64,000 nucleotides of DNA from Vicinamibacterales bacterium (GTDB lineage Bacteria > Acidobacteriota > Vicinamibacteria > Vicinamibacterales > JAMQPK01). Numbering within the stretch: position 1 is the stretch's first letter; each line of letters begins with the position of its first letter. The notes beneath the pieces were generated by a model that made no database searches, had not been told where the DNA came from, and saw nothing but the letters and a program-made list of their open reading frames with translations. The stretch is from NCBI GenBank assembly GCA_963732445.1, contig CAVSZJ010000008.1, forward strand, positions 192,746-256,745. The letters are read 5' to 3'. This document shows positions 1-11,779 of this stretch, in pieces. The position numbers were made by a program, and so were the translations under genes.

Positions 1-307
1 GCGGGCGACGAGCGTGTCGCCGCTCACGGTCAGTTCATAAGGCGCCGACGGAGCCCTCGCCATGTGCGGTGAGACCCGCCTTCGCTTCCGTCATCCGACG
101 GTGGACCGAAGATATCGAGGCAGAGGTTGTGCCCCATGATGCCGGCGAGCAGGCGCGCATCGCTGCCGTCTCCGTACATGCCCGCGTAGCGCGGCGCCGT
201 ACGTCCGATGGCTCGATCGTCGGCCACGGCGGCGTCCACAGCGGATTGACGCCCGCGGCCTTGTCGAAGATCTCGGCGATGTGGCCGCCCTCTGCCAGGA
301 CCGTCAC
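1..307 (-). CDS. hypothetical protein, 5' part only (runs off window), frame-disrupted
   Basis: ORF 35..307 starts MTVLAEGGHIAEIFDKAAGVNPLWTPPWPTIEPS. Continuations YAGMYGDGSDARLLAGIMGHNLCLDIFGPPS and EAKAGLTAHGEGSV lie in the other frames. No family recognised with confidence. Confidence 0.35.
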
Positions 308-368
308 TCGGAGATCGGCGTTCTCGATTGTGGCCGCGCGGCGGCCGCGATATCGTTACAGGCGCACC

Positions 369-1646
369 ATGGCGACCAAGATATCTTCCACGCAGTCCGG
401 CACGCAGGACGCAATCGACGCCGGCGCCGGCATTCTCCGGCTCGAACCGTGCTGGGTGCCGCGCACGTTCATGATTCCCGGCCGGCGGCTCAGACTGCAT
501 CCCGACGATCTCTACGCGCTCGGCGCGCATCGCGGCGGCATCAACGAACGCTGGTTCTCGTCGACGACACACGCGTCGAACGGCCCGGGGACACCGGACG
601 ACGAAGGGCTCAGCTACGTGCGGATGGAGAACGGCGCGCGCGTGCTGTTCAAGTCGCTCGTCGACGAAGGCGGGCGATCTGCTGCTCGGCTCGTCGACGA
701 TGCAGCGCGAGGGCGGATGGAATCTGCTCTGCAAGTTCTTCGACAACATGGGCGCGATCCCGCATCACCTGCATCAGAGCGATGCGTTCGCGAAGCTCGT
801 CGGGCAGAAGGGCAAGCCCGAGGCGTACTACTTCCCTCCTCAGTACAACCAGATCGAAAACGCGTTTCCGTTTACGTTCATGGGCCTCGAGCCGGGCACG
901 ACGAAAGACGACGTGCGGCGCTGCCTCGAGAACTGGAGCAAGGGAGACAACGGCATCCTGTTCCTCTCGCGCGCGTACCGGCTGCAGCCGGGAACCGGCT
1001 GGCAGATCAATCCCGGCATTCTCCACGCGCCCGGCTCGCTCGTCACCTACGAGCCGCAGGTGAACAGCGACGTCTTCGCGATGTTCCAGTCTCTCGTCGA
1101 CGGCCGCGTCGTCGATCGCAGCCTGCTGACGAAGGACGTGCAGGCCCGAGTATCACGACGACCTCGACTATCTCGTCAGCATGCTCGACTGGGAAGGGAA
1201 CGTGAATCCCGGAGTTCGGCATGAGCAATCGCGTGTTTCCGCGGCCGCTGCAGTCCGAGCACGAGGCCGCCGCGGCCGGCTATCGCGAGCAGTGGGTGTG
1301 CTACGGCACGCCGTGGTATTCGGCGAAGGAGCTGACGGTGATGCCGCAGCGAACGGTCACGATCAAGGATGCCGCCGCGTACGGGCTCATCCTCACGCAG
1401 GGGCACGGCACGATCGGCGAGCATCACGTGTCGACGCCGGCGATGATCCGCTTCGGCGAAATGACGGAAGACGAGCTGTTCGTCACGGCCGACGCCGCGG
1501 CCGGCGGCGTGCGGATACAGAATCTGAGCGACGCCGAGCCGCTCGTCATCCTGAAGCACTTCGGCCCGGGGAATCCTGACGATGCGCAGGACGCTGCCAC
1601 GGTGACGCAGAGGCTAGAGCGCAGAGAATTCCTGCTGATGACATGA
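369..1646 (+). CDS. cupin-fold sugar isomerase-like protein (class I mannose-6-phosphate isomerase-like), split over 4 frames
   Basis: Pieces start at 369 ([21 protein letters not shown]), 700 ([40 protein letters not shown]), 1181 and 1221. The PMI-like motif layout is my recognition, not a search result. Confidence 0.55.
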
Positions 1647-2707
1647 CACACACGAAACCCGCTCTTCACAACGCGATGTGGCCGGGACTCGTCGGCAAGG
1701 GGCCCGACTCGGAGCCGCCGATCGATCTGGACACGATGCTCGACCTGACGGCGGCCGCAAACGTCGACGGCGTCCGCTTCGACGGCGTCGATCTGTTTCT
1801 GTTCGACCCGCACGTCGACATCGATTCCGATCGCGACACGCTGAAGCGGCTCGCCGATCGCATCCGCGCGCGCGGGTTCGTCGTCGGATCGCTCGTGGCG
1901 CCGGTGTGGGCGCCGACGGGCGGCGGCTCGGCGATGGGAAGCGACGAGGATCGCAAACGCTTTCTCACGCAGGTGAAAAAGGCGTGCGCGATCGGCAAGA
2001 CGCTGCGCGACCTCGGCATCCGCACGCTACGGCGTCGTGCGCATCGACTCGGCGGCGAGCCCCGCCGACTGGGCGAAGGATCCGGCCGGCAACACGAAAC
2101 GCATCGCCGAGACGTTCAGGGAGGCGTGCGCGATCGCCGAGGACTACGGCGAGCGTCTCGCGGCCGAAGGAGAAATCTGCTGGGGCGGCATGCACAGCTG
2201 GAAGCGCATGCTCGAGCTGCTCGAGATGGTCGGCCGGCCGCGGCACCATCGGCTTTCAGGCCGACATGGCGCACACGCTGCTGTTCACGATCGGCTGCAA
2301 CGCACCCGAGGATCGGATTCTGCCCGAGGGTTACGACTGGTCCGATCAGGACACGCTCGATCGCGCGATCAAGACGATGACGAGCGCGCTGCGCCCGTGG
2401 ACGATCGATTTCCACGTCGCGCAGAACGACGCGACGGTCAAGGGATCGGGATCGCACGACAAGACCGGACGTCACTGCCTGCCGAACGATCCCAACGGCA
2501 AGATGGACATCGTCCGCGTCGCCGGCGCGTGGATGCGCGACGACGCAGGCGACACCGACGCGCGCGTTCGAGCACATCTGCTGGGACGGCTGCATGTTTC
2601 CGAACGCCACGATGATGAATCCGCAGACGTGGCGCGACGTGCTCGCGGCGATGATCGCCGTGAGAAATGCGCACGGCACCGAATGCTCGGGAGCGTTATC
2701 GAGATGA
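1643..2707 (+). CDS. sugar phosphate isomerase/epimerase (xylose isomerase-like TIM barrel), frame-disrupted
   Basis: [32 protein letters not shown]; later pieces [54 protein letters not shown] overlaps with both neighbours. Confidence 0.7.
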
Positions 2708-3844
2708 AACCGCTGAACATCGGACTCGTCGGATACGGCTTCATGGGACGCGCGCACTCCAACGCGTTCCTCCAGGCGCCGCGGTTCTTCAACCTGCCGT
2801 ACCAGCCGGTGCTGAAGGCGATGTGCGCGCGCAATGCCGATCGCGCGCAGAACGTTCGCCGCCAACTGGGGCTACGAGTCGGTCGAACACGACTGGCGCA
2901 CGCTCGTCGAGCGGCCCGACATCGATCTCATCGACATCGCCAGCCCGAACGACACGCACGCCGAGATTGCGATCGCCGCCGCGCGCGCAGGCAAGATGGT
3001 GCTCTGCGAGAAGCCGCTCGGACGGAACGGCGACGAAGCGAAGCGAATGGTCGACGCCGTCGAATCGGCCGGCGTCCCGAACATGGTCTGGTACAACTAC
3101 CGGCGCGTGCCGGCCGTGACGATGATCAAGTCGCTCGTGGACGAGGGGCGCCTCGGCCGCGTGTTTCATTACCGCGCGAAATTTCTGCAGGACTGGACGA
3201 TCTCGCAGGAGCTGCCGCAGGGTGGCGAGGGCCTGTGGCGCCTCGATGTGGCGGTCGCGGGCAGCGGCGTCACGGGAGACCTGCTCGCGCACTGCATCGA
3301 TACGGCGATGTGGCTGAACGGTCCGATCGCCGAAGTGACGGCGATGACCGAGACCTTCATCAAGGAGCGCAAGCACAACGTGAGCGGGCGCGTCGAGCCG
3401 GTCGGCATCGACGATGCGAGCGCGTTTCTCTGCCGGTTCCAGAACGGATCGCTCGCGACGTTCGAAGCGACGCGATACGCGCGCGGGCACAAGGCGCTGT
3501 ACACGCTCGAGATCAACGGCGAGCACGGGTCGGCCTTCTGGGATCTTCACGACCTGCATCGCGTGCAGGTGTTCGATCATCGCGACGAGGGACAGATGCG
3601 CGGCTGGAAGAACGTGCACGTCACCGACGGCGACCATCCGTACATGAAGCGATGGTGGGTGCCCGGGCCTGCAGATCGGCTACGAGCACACCTTCACGCA
3701 TCAGTTCGCCGATTTTCTCGAGGCGCTCGGAAACGGCACGGCCGCCGAGCCCACATTCCGCAGCGGGCTGGCGACCGATCTCGTCACCGACGCGGTGCTG
3801 CGCTCGGCGAGCACACGCCAGTGGGAAGCGTACGGAATTGGTAG
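2704..3844 (+). CDS. Gfo/Idh/MocA family oxidoreductase, frame-disrupted; 3' end uncertain (3844-3891)
   Basis: [22 protein letters not shown] Rossmann N-terminus; [15 protein letters not shown]; long ORF 2834..3844 carries the C-domain. Confidence 0.8.
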
Positions 3845-3876
3845 ATTCGTTAGATTGGAAGATTGGAAGATTGGTT
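3837..3876. repeat. short tandem repeat ATTGGTAGATTCGTTAGATTGGAAGATTGGAAGATTGGTT between convergent genes
   Basis: GATTGGAA units read directly. A related copy (ATTGGTAGATCGGAAGATTGGTTGATTGAG) is at 40674..40703. Confidence 0.8.
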
Positions 3877-4824
3877 ACACGACACGATTGAGAAGCGGCT
3901 CGCCGTCGCGCAGCCGTCTGCAGTTTTCCGCGAACACCCCAAGACTTCGTCTGCAGCGTCTCTGCCGTGAACCACGCGACGTGCGGCGTGACGACGACGT
4001 TTGGCAGCTGGAACAGCGGATGGGCCGCAGTCGCGGGCTCGGATTCGAACACGTCGAGCCCGGCGCCGCGCAGCCGGCCGGTCGCAAGCGCGCGGTAGCA
4101 GCGCGTCGTAGTCGACCAGCCCGCCTCTGGCGGTGTTGACGAGAACAGCGCCCTGCTTCATCGTCTGCGATCGCGCGCTCGTCGATCATGCCGGCGGTCT
4201 CTGCGTTCAGCGGAACGTGCAGCGAGACGACGTCGGCGCTGCGCCAGCAGCTCGGCAAGCGAAACGAATGTCGCCGCCGTGCCGGCCGCCTCGCGGCGCG
4301 ACGTGTAGATGACGTTCGCGCCGACGCCGTGCAGCATCGGCGTCAGGCACTTCCCCACTGCGCCAAACCCGACGAGCCCGACCGTGCGGCCGCCCAGCTC
4401 TCCGAGATTGTCGAGACGCTCGGCATCGAGCGCCCATCCGTTTCCCGCGCGTGTCTGTCTGTCGAGCTCCGACAGCCGCCGCAGCGTCGCCAGCATCAGC
4501 AGCAGCGTCAGCTCTGCGACGGCGCGCGTATTCGCTCCCGGCATGTTGCACACGGCGATGCCCGCGCGCGCGCCGCTTCGAGATCGATGGTGTCGACGCC
4601 GACACCGAGCTTCTGAATCAATTTCAACCGCGGCGCCTGCTCGATGACTGACGCGCGTCACCCGCTCGAGCACATGGAGCAGCACGTCGGCGTCGCTGCA
4701 TCTCGCGGGCGAACGTCTGCTTGTCGGTCTCGTCGACGACCGCGATGCGCAGCCAGTCGTTCTCGAGCGCCGCAATCGCGGCGCGGAAACCCGGCGTGGC
4801 GCGATAGTGCAGGACAGCTTTCAT
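3875..4824 (-). CDS. D-isomer-specific 2-hydroxyacid dehydrogenase family protein, split over about 6 frame pieces
   Basis: [13 protein letters not shown]..; [17 protein letters not shown] motif; [12 protein letters not shown]; [17 protein letters not shown]; [16 protein letters not shown]; C-terminus [13 protein letters not shown]. Confidence 0.8.
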
Positions 4825-4842
4825 TGCCGGGTATGATTCTTT

Positions 4843-4909
4843 AACAGGAGCTCAGGAGATCAAGAGAATTCTTTTTTTCAAAGATCTCCTGACCTCCTGG
4901 TCTCCTGTT
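4843..4909. repeat. imperfect 67-nt inverted repeat (AACAGGAG..CAGGAGATC / GATCTCCTG..CTCCTGTT) around an A/T loop containing GAATTC
   Basis: Read directly. It lies between the enolase-like 3' end and the 2-HADH start. Confidence 0.8.
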
Positions 4910-6215
4910 CAAAGCGTGCTTTTCGTCCAGAGAGGTGTGCGGACGGGCAACCGCCCGAGGACCGCGCGCGTCTCCCGAGCGCCTCTTCGATGCGCAGCGC
5001 CTCGTTCCACTTGGCCGTGCGCTCCGAGCGCGCGCACGATCCGACCTTCAACTGACCGGCGGCCCAACCGACGGCGAGATGGACGATCGTGACATCTTCG
5101 GTTTCGCCCGAGCGCGCCGACACGATCGACGACCAGCCGGCGGCGCGCGCGGCGTCAAGCGCCGCTTTCGTTTCGGTGATCGTTCCCGACTGGTTGGGCT
5201 TCAGCAGCACCGCGTTGCACGCGCCGGCTGCTGCCGCGGCCGAGATCCGATCGGCCGACGTGACGAGGTAGTCATCCCCGATGACCTGCACGTGGCCTCC
5301 CGGCGCGCGCGGTGAACGCGCGCATGCCGGCGTCATCGTCCTGCGCGAGCGGATCCTCGACAGAGACGATGGGATATCGGCGGCACCACTGGAGAAGGAT
5401 GTCGGCGAGCTCGTCGCTGCTCATCTCGCGATTTTCGGAGGCGAAGCGATAGCGCGAGCCCGACTCGCAGCTGCGACGCCGCGACGTCGATGGCGATCGC
5501 CGCGTCGATGCCGGGCCTGAGTCTGCGCTCGTTCGATGGCGAGAAGCAGCGCATCGAGCGCGTCGCTGTTGGAGGCGAACTCCGGCCACCAGCCTCCTTC
5601 GTCAGCCACACCGCGAAGCCCGCCGCGCTCTGCCATGATGCGTCCGGCCGATTCGTAGATCCTCACGGCGATCGAGATGGCCTCGTCGAACGTCGACGCG
5701 CCGATCGGCACGACGAGAAAATCCTGAATGTCGACGCGGCGGCCGGCATGCGCACCTCCGCCGAAGATCTGCACCATCGGCATCGGCAGCGTCGGCTGCG
5801 CATCCCCGGCGAGATGGCGCCACAGCGGGATGTCGCGCGCCGCTGCGGCCGCATGCGCCGCAGCCATCGACACCGCCACAATCGCGTTCCCACCGAGGCG
5901 CGCCTTGTTGGACGTGCCGTCAAGCTCGATGAGCGTGCGGTCGATCGCCTCCTGATCCATCACCGACATTCCGCGAGCGCGTCTCGCGATCTCCGTGGAC
6001 ACGTGACCGACAGCGCGATCCACACCGAATCCGCCGAACGCGCGGCCGCCATCGCGCAGATCGACGGCCTCGTTGATGCCGGTGGACGCACCGGCGGGCG
6101 CGATGCTGCGACCCCTCGCTCCACTCGCGAGCACGATCTCCGCTTCGACGGTCGGCCGGCCTCGCGAATCCCACACGCGCCGTGCCGATTACGTTCTCGA
6201 TTCGATCGCGGGTCT
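4909..6215 (-). CDS. enolase-family protein (divergent paralogue, His373-equivalent is Ala), frame-disrupted; both ends approximate
   Basis: RIENVIG..WDSRGRPTVEAEI, APAGASTGINEA, DGTSNKARLGGNAIVAVSMA, GVADEGGWWPEF, IVSVEDPL, VIGDDYLVT, LLKPNQSGTITET, VSARSGETED, GQLKVGSCARSERTAKWNEALRIEE. Confidence 0.8.
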
Positions 6216-6230
6216 GTCGCGCCTGACGAC

Positions 6231-6278
6231 CCTGAGCGAAGTCGAAGGGCCTGCCCTGAGCGCAGTCGAAGGGCCCAC
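6231..6278. repeat. 2 x 24-bp tandem repeat CCTGAGCG(A/C)AGTCGAAGGGC(CTGC/CCAC)
   Basis: Read directly. On the minus strand it translates as PFD(F/C)AQGRPFDFAQGR. It sits at the kinase/enolase junction. Confidence 0.85.
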
Positions 6279-6289
6279 GCACGACGGAC

Positions 6290-7259
6290 CCCGTCGAGTG
6301 TGTCGAGCGGCTGCTGCAACATCGCATCGCGCGGCACGTCGAACGGCATTCTTCGACGCGTCGTCGGTCAGGTATTCGACAGGCGACTTGCCGTCGATGC
6401 GCGCGAGGAACAATGCAGGCAGCAGTTGGGCGGCGCGCTCCTCGAGCGCCGCGGCAGGCTCCCAGTCGACGCCGCTGCAGATACGCTTCCGTCAGCGCGT
6501 CGAACGACGCCAGCAGCTCGCGCTCGGCGGACGGCACCCACAGCGTCTTCAACAGGAGATGATTGAGGCAGAAGGCCAGATCGAACGCCGGGTCGCCGAA
6601 CCACGCGCACTCGGCGTCGAGAAACACCGGGCCGCGCGCGCCCAGCAGAATGTTCTTCGGGCTGACGTCGCCATGCACGACAGTGCAGCTTCGTGTCTGC
6701 TCGGTGCGTTCGGCGAGCGCCTCGAGAATCGGAGCGAGGTCTGGATGCGCGCGCGCCGTCGCGAGCAGATACGGCTCGATGCGAAGCGCGTGGAACGACG
6801 CGCCGGTGTCGAACTCTGCCGCCGCCGTCGGCGATTTCGCGAACGCGGCGTGTATGAAGGCGAGGTGCCGGCCGACCGCCGCCGCCGTCTCGGGAATCGA
6901 CGCAGCCGCGTGCGAGCTGCGATTTCCAGAGCTCGTGTCGCTCGGGCGGCAGATACTCCATCGCGAACGCGGCGAGCGACGAATCGGACGCCAGCACCGC
7001 CGGCACGAGATCGGCATTGAGACGGCCGACCTGCGGTCAGCCATCGCACTTCGGTGACGTTGCGCGAGACATCCGCGCGCCACTCCGCCGCCACGCGCAG
7101 GCGGCCGAGCGCACGCTTCACGCAATACTCAGACGATGCCCGCGCGCACCAGCCAGATGTCGGACGACACGCCGCCGCCGAGCGGCTCGAATTGCGGAAC
7201 GATTCTCCTGGCGGGACCAGCCCGGCACGCTCGAGAAAATCGCGAATCGCCTCGCACAA
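6290..7259 (-). CDS. phosphotransferase of the APH/choline-kinase fold, methylthioribose-kinase (MtnK)-like; frame-disrupted, 3' end uncertain
   Basis: CVKRALGRLRVAAEWRADVSRNVTEVRWL (MtnK-like N-lobe), VVHGDVSPKNILL (HGD..N catalytic loop), FLDAECAWFGDPAFDLAFCLNHLL. TTG start lies 5 nt after the binding-protein stop. Confidence 0.6.
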
Positions 7260-7264
7260 TCACC

Positions 7265-8274
7265 TCAGAAATCGAACTTGTCGATGTTCTCCTTCGTGAA
7301 GAGCAGCGGCGGCCCGAGGATCACTTCGCTTCCGCGAATCGCGACCGTGCCCAGCCGGCCGGCCTCGAGCGACGCCGCGCCCGGCGCCAGCTTGTTCTGC
7401 GCCATCAGCGCGCCGGCGTACACCGTGAGATAGCCGAGGTCTGCGGTGTTCCACAACATCACGGTCTGCACGACGCCTTCGTGCACGTACGGCTTGTTCA
7501 TGTTCGGCAGCGACAGGCCGATGACCTTCACGTCGGGACGCCGCGCCTGACGGACGGCCTCGCCCGCGCCCGGGACGGCCGGCGCGGAAATCGCCATCAC
7601 GAGCTTCACATTCGGAAACGCGCGCAGGATCGTCTGCGTCTCCGCAAACGCCTTGTCGCGGTCGTCGTCGCTCGGGCGAATCGTGGCGAGCGTCAGGTTC
7701 GGATAGCGCTCGGCGAGCGCGCTTCTTGATGAAGCTGATCCATTCGTTCTGATTCGCGGCGCTCAGCGCGCCGGTGACGATCGCGAACTCACCCTTGCCG
7801 CCGAGCAGCCGCGCGGCTTCGTCGGTGAGCCCATGGCCGATCCCTTCGGCGGTCGCCTGGTTCACGAAAAAGCTGCGCGCGTCGGGCTCGGCGTCGGCGT
7901 CCCACGTCAGCACGCGGATGCCGCGCGCCCTGCGCTTTTCGCAGCGCGGTCGAGATGCTCGCGCGGTTTTCGACCGCGACGGCAATCACGTCGACGCCGC
8001 GGGTGATCCAGCTTTCGACGAGCTCGTTCTGGCGCGCGGCATCGAGCCCCGTCGGGCCGTCCCAGATGAGATCGACGCCGAGCTCGGCGGCCGCCGCCTC
8101 GGCGCCGACGCGGCAGCTCACGAAATACGGATCGCCCTTCGCCTTCGGCATCATCGCGATGACCGTCCGCTTCGCGGGCGCCGCGGCCGGCGAATCGAGC
8201 GATCGCACGAGCCACACGTTCGTGCCCGCGACGACGAGCGAGCCGAGCAGGATGGCGGCGCACAAGCACGGCAA
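7265..8274 (-). CDS. sugar (rhamnose-type) ABC transporter periplasmic binding protein, 3 frame pieces
   Basis: Signal-like LPCLCAAILLGSLVVAG; MMPKAKGDPYFVSCRVGAE; LTWDADAEPDARSFFVNQ; C-terminus GSEVILGPPLLFTKENIDKFDF. Confidence 0.8.
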
Positions 8275-8344
8275 CTTGACTGTTTTTCACGTGGAATGCT
8301 CCATCCAGATGGCACGCCGCGTGGCTCAGCGTGCCGCTAGCGGC

Positions 8345-9311
8345 TCGAGCTGCGCGTTGAGCCCTGCGCGACTTGCTAGACCGATCGAACGCGATCGTCG
8401 ACACGAGTAGAACGCCGGTCAGAATCCCCGTCAACTCGGTCGGCAGCGCCGCGAGCTGCAATCCGTTTTTCAGCACCGACAGCGCCGCGAGCCCCAGCAC
8501 CGTTCCGCCAAGCGTGCCGCGTCCGCCGAACACCGACGTGCCGCCGAGCACGACCGCGGTGATCGCGTCGAGCTCGTATCCGTTTCCCGCATCCGATCGC
8601 GCCTGACCGAGATGCGCGACGTAGATCGATCGCGGCGAGGCTCGAGACGATGCCCGACAGCAGATACACGAGCCCGATACGGTTCTCGACCGGAATGCCG
8701 GCGAACCGCGCGCCGCCGGCGCTGAAGCCGATCGCGTACAGCGCGCGGCCGACGACCGATCGATGCAGCAGGATGAAATAGGCCGACGAGCACCGCAAGA
8801 AAGATCGGCAGCTGCGCCGGAATCACGCCCCACAGATACCCCTGACCGAGCGCGAGAAACGCCGGCGGAAAGCCGCTGTAGTTCACCGCGGCTTCGGTGA
8901 TGCCTTCCGCGACGCCGCGAAACAGCGAGAAGGTGCCCAGCGTCACGATCAGCGCCGGCAGCCGCAGCCGGGAAATCAGCACGGCGTTCAGCCCGCCGCC
9001 GGCACAACCCGACCGCGAGCGCGACGGCCGCCGCGGCTGGAATCGGCCATTGCAGATCGCGCCACGCCGCGCCGAAACAGACCGCGGCCAGCCCCATCAT
9101 CGCGCCGACCGACAAATCGATGCCGCCGGTGATCAGAATCGGCGTCAGCGCGACGGCCAGCAGCCCGAGCTCGGCGTTCAGCCGCGCGATCTCGAAGAAG
9201 TTGGCGAGCGTGAAGAAAGTTCGGCGCGACGAGCGCGAAGATCGCGACCTCGGCGACGAGCGCGGCCGCGAGCGCGGCCTTATGCCCGCGCCTGGCGGAG
9301 TTGGGCTGCAT
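8345..9311 (-). CDS. sugar ABC transporter permease, frame-disrupted; 3' end approximate
   Basis: [85 protein letters not shown]. Confidence 0.75.
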
Positions 9312-10282
9312 ATCGTTGCGGTGCGGCGCGGCAGCGCATCGGCGGCAACCGCGACGAGAATGATGGCGCCCTGAATCGCGCGTTCCCAGTACGCGCTCAC
9401 GCCGAGGAATGTGAGCGCCGGCCCGATCGCGCCGAGCAGCACGACGCCGAGAACGGTTCCGGCGAGCGTGCCGCGTCCGCCGGTAATGGCCGTGCCGCCG
9501 ACCACGACGGCGGCAATCACTTTCAGCTCGAGGCCGAGGCCCGTGTTGGCCGGCACCTGATTGAATCGCATCGCGTTCATCACCGCGGCGAGGCCGGTCA
9601 GCGCGCCGAGCGAGGCGAACGCGCACAACGTGACGAGCGACGTGTTCACACCCGCGAGCCGCGCCGCGTCGCGGCTCGATCCGGTCGCATAGAGCAGCCG
9701 CCCGGCGGCCGTGTATCGCAGGCTCCACGCGAGCACCGCCGCGATCGCCGCGGCCAGCAGCTCCGGCGGCGAACGGATACGCGCCCTGCGACAATCCCAT
9801 CCACTGAAAATCCGGCGGGAGGTCCTGAACCCACGCGCCCTGCGTGATCCAGCGCAGCGCGTCGCGCAGCACGATCATCATCGCGAGCGTGACGACGATC
9901 GACGGCAGGCGGAGGTAGGCGACGAGCGAGCCGTTCAGCGCGCCGATGAGCGCGCCGAGCGCGCACACGCACCGCGAACACCAGGAGCGTTGGCACGCCG
10001 GCTTTCGCGAGCACGCCGGCCGCGACGGCGCAGACCGCGAACGCCGACCCGACCGAGATGTCGATCTCGCCGCTCAGCATGACGAGCGTCATGCCGGCGG
10101 CGATGATGAGCACGGCGAGATTCGCGAGGAAGAGATCGATGAGATTGCCGCGACCGAAGTATTCCGGGCCGCACGATCGCCAGCGCCGCGAACAGCACGC
10201 CGATGGCCACCGCCACCCAGATCTCCCGTCGATGCGACCGGAGTAGCGACGCCCCGTCAGCCGCGCGATTCTGCATGTCCAT
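9280..10282 (-). CDS. sugar ABC transporter permease, frame-disrupted; 3' end approximate
   Basis: [84 protein letters not shown]. Confidence 0.75.
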
Positions 10283-11779
10283 GACCGAGAGCCATCGCCA
10301 GCACGCGTTCCTGCGTGGCGTCTTCGCGCGACAACACGCCGGCGATCGTGCCGCCGCGCATCACCGCCACGCGATCGCTCATGCCGAGAATTTCGGGAAG
10401 CTCCGACGAGATCATGAGGACGGCCAGGCCGCGCTCCGCGAGCTCCTGCATGAGCGCGTGGATCTCGGACTTCGAACCCACGTCGACCCCCTGCGTCGGC
10501 TCGTCGAGGATGAGCACCTTCGGCGCGATCGCCAGCCAGCGCGCGAGCGCGACCTTCTGCTGATTGCCTCCGGACAGCGATTCGACCTCGGACCCGACCG
10601 ACGGCGGTCTTGATCCGCAGCTGATCCACATACCGCTGCGCCTGGCTCCGCTCGCGCGCGCGATCGATCAGCCCGCCGCGCGCGACGGCACCAAGATTCG
10701 CGAGGCTCACGTTCTCGTCGACGGCCATCTCGGGGACGACCCCGTGCTGTTTCCGATCTTCCGGAAGATAGCCGATGCCGGCGTCGATCGCGCCGCCGGG
10801 CGATCGCACCTCGACGGCACGGCCGTGCACGAGCACCTCGCCCGGAGTCGGCAGGCGTCAGGCCGAACACGGTCTGCGCCAGCTCGGTGCGGCCCGAACC
10901 GACCAGCCCCGCCAGCCCGACGATTTCTCCGCTCCGCACCTCGAGCGACACGTCTCGTATCCCGGCCGACGCGCACGTGACGCGGCGCAGCTCGAGCGCG
11001 ACGTCTCCGAGCGCGCACGGTCCGCTTCGGAAAGATCGCCGACAGCTCGCGCCCGATCATCAGGTTGATCAGCGCCGGCGCGCTGCAGGCCGATCGCGTG
11101 CGTGCGTGCCGACCGTGCTGCCGTCGCGCAGCACGGTGACACGATCGGCGATCGAGAGGATCTCTTCGAGCCGGTGCGAGATGTAGATGATGCCGACCTT
11201 CTCGGACTTGAGGCGCGCGACGACGTCGAAGAGCCGCTCCACCTCCGGCGCGCTCAGCGACGCCGTCGGCTCGTCCATGATCAGCACTCTCGCGGCCGAA
11301 CCGATCGCCTTCGCAATCTCGACGAGCTGCTGCTCCGGCATGCTGAGGCTGTCGACCAGCCGATCGGCGATCGAGGTCGGCGCCCACGCGCGCCAGCAGA
11401 TCGCGCGCGTCACGCCGGCGGCGGCTCCAGTCGATGCGGCGCCACGCCGACGCGGCGCTCGAGCGCGAACGCGATGTTCTCGGCACACCGTCAGGTGCGG
11501 AAAGAGCGACGGCTGCTGGTAGATGGCGGCAATGCCCAGCGCGCGCGACGTCGCCGGATTCATCGCTGCGCACCGGCCGGCCGGCGACGGACAACGTCCC
11601 CGAGTCGGCGCCACGGCACCGGTCATCACCTTGATCAGGGTCGACTTCCCCGCGCCGTTCTCGCCGACGAGCGCGTGGACCTCTCCCTCGATGAGATCGA
11701 ACGACACGCCTGACAACGCGCGCACGCCCGCGTACGACTTGGTGATGAGGCTGGCGGAGAGGAGCGGTGTCGAGGTCAC
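10257..11779 (-). CDS. sugar ABC transporter ATP-binding protein (two ABC domains), frame-disrupted
   Basis: Walker [11 protein letters not shown] and [10 protein letters not shown]; signature [14 protein letters not shown]; [10 protein letters not shown]. Confidence 0.85.
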
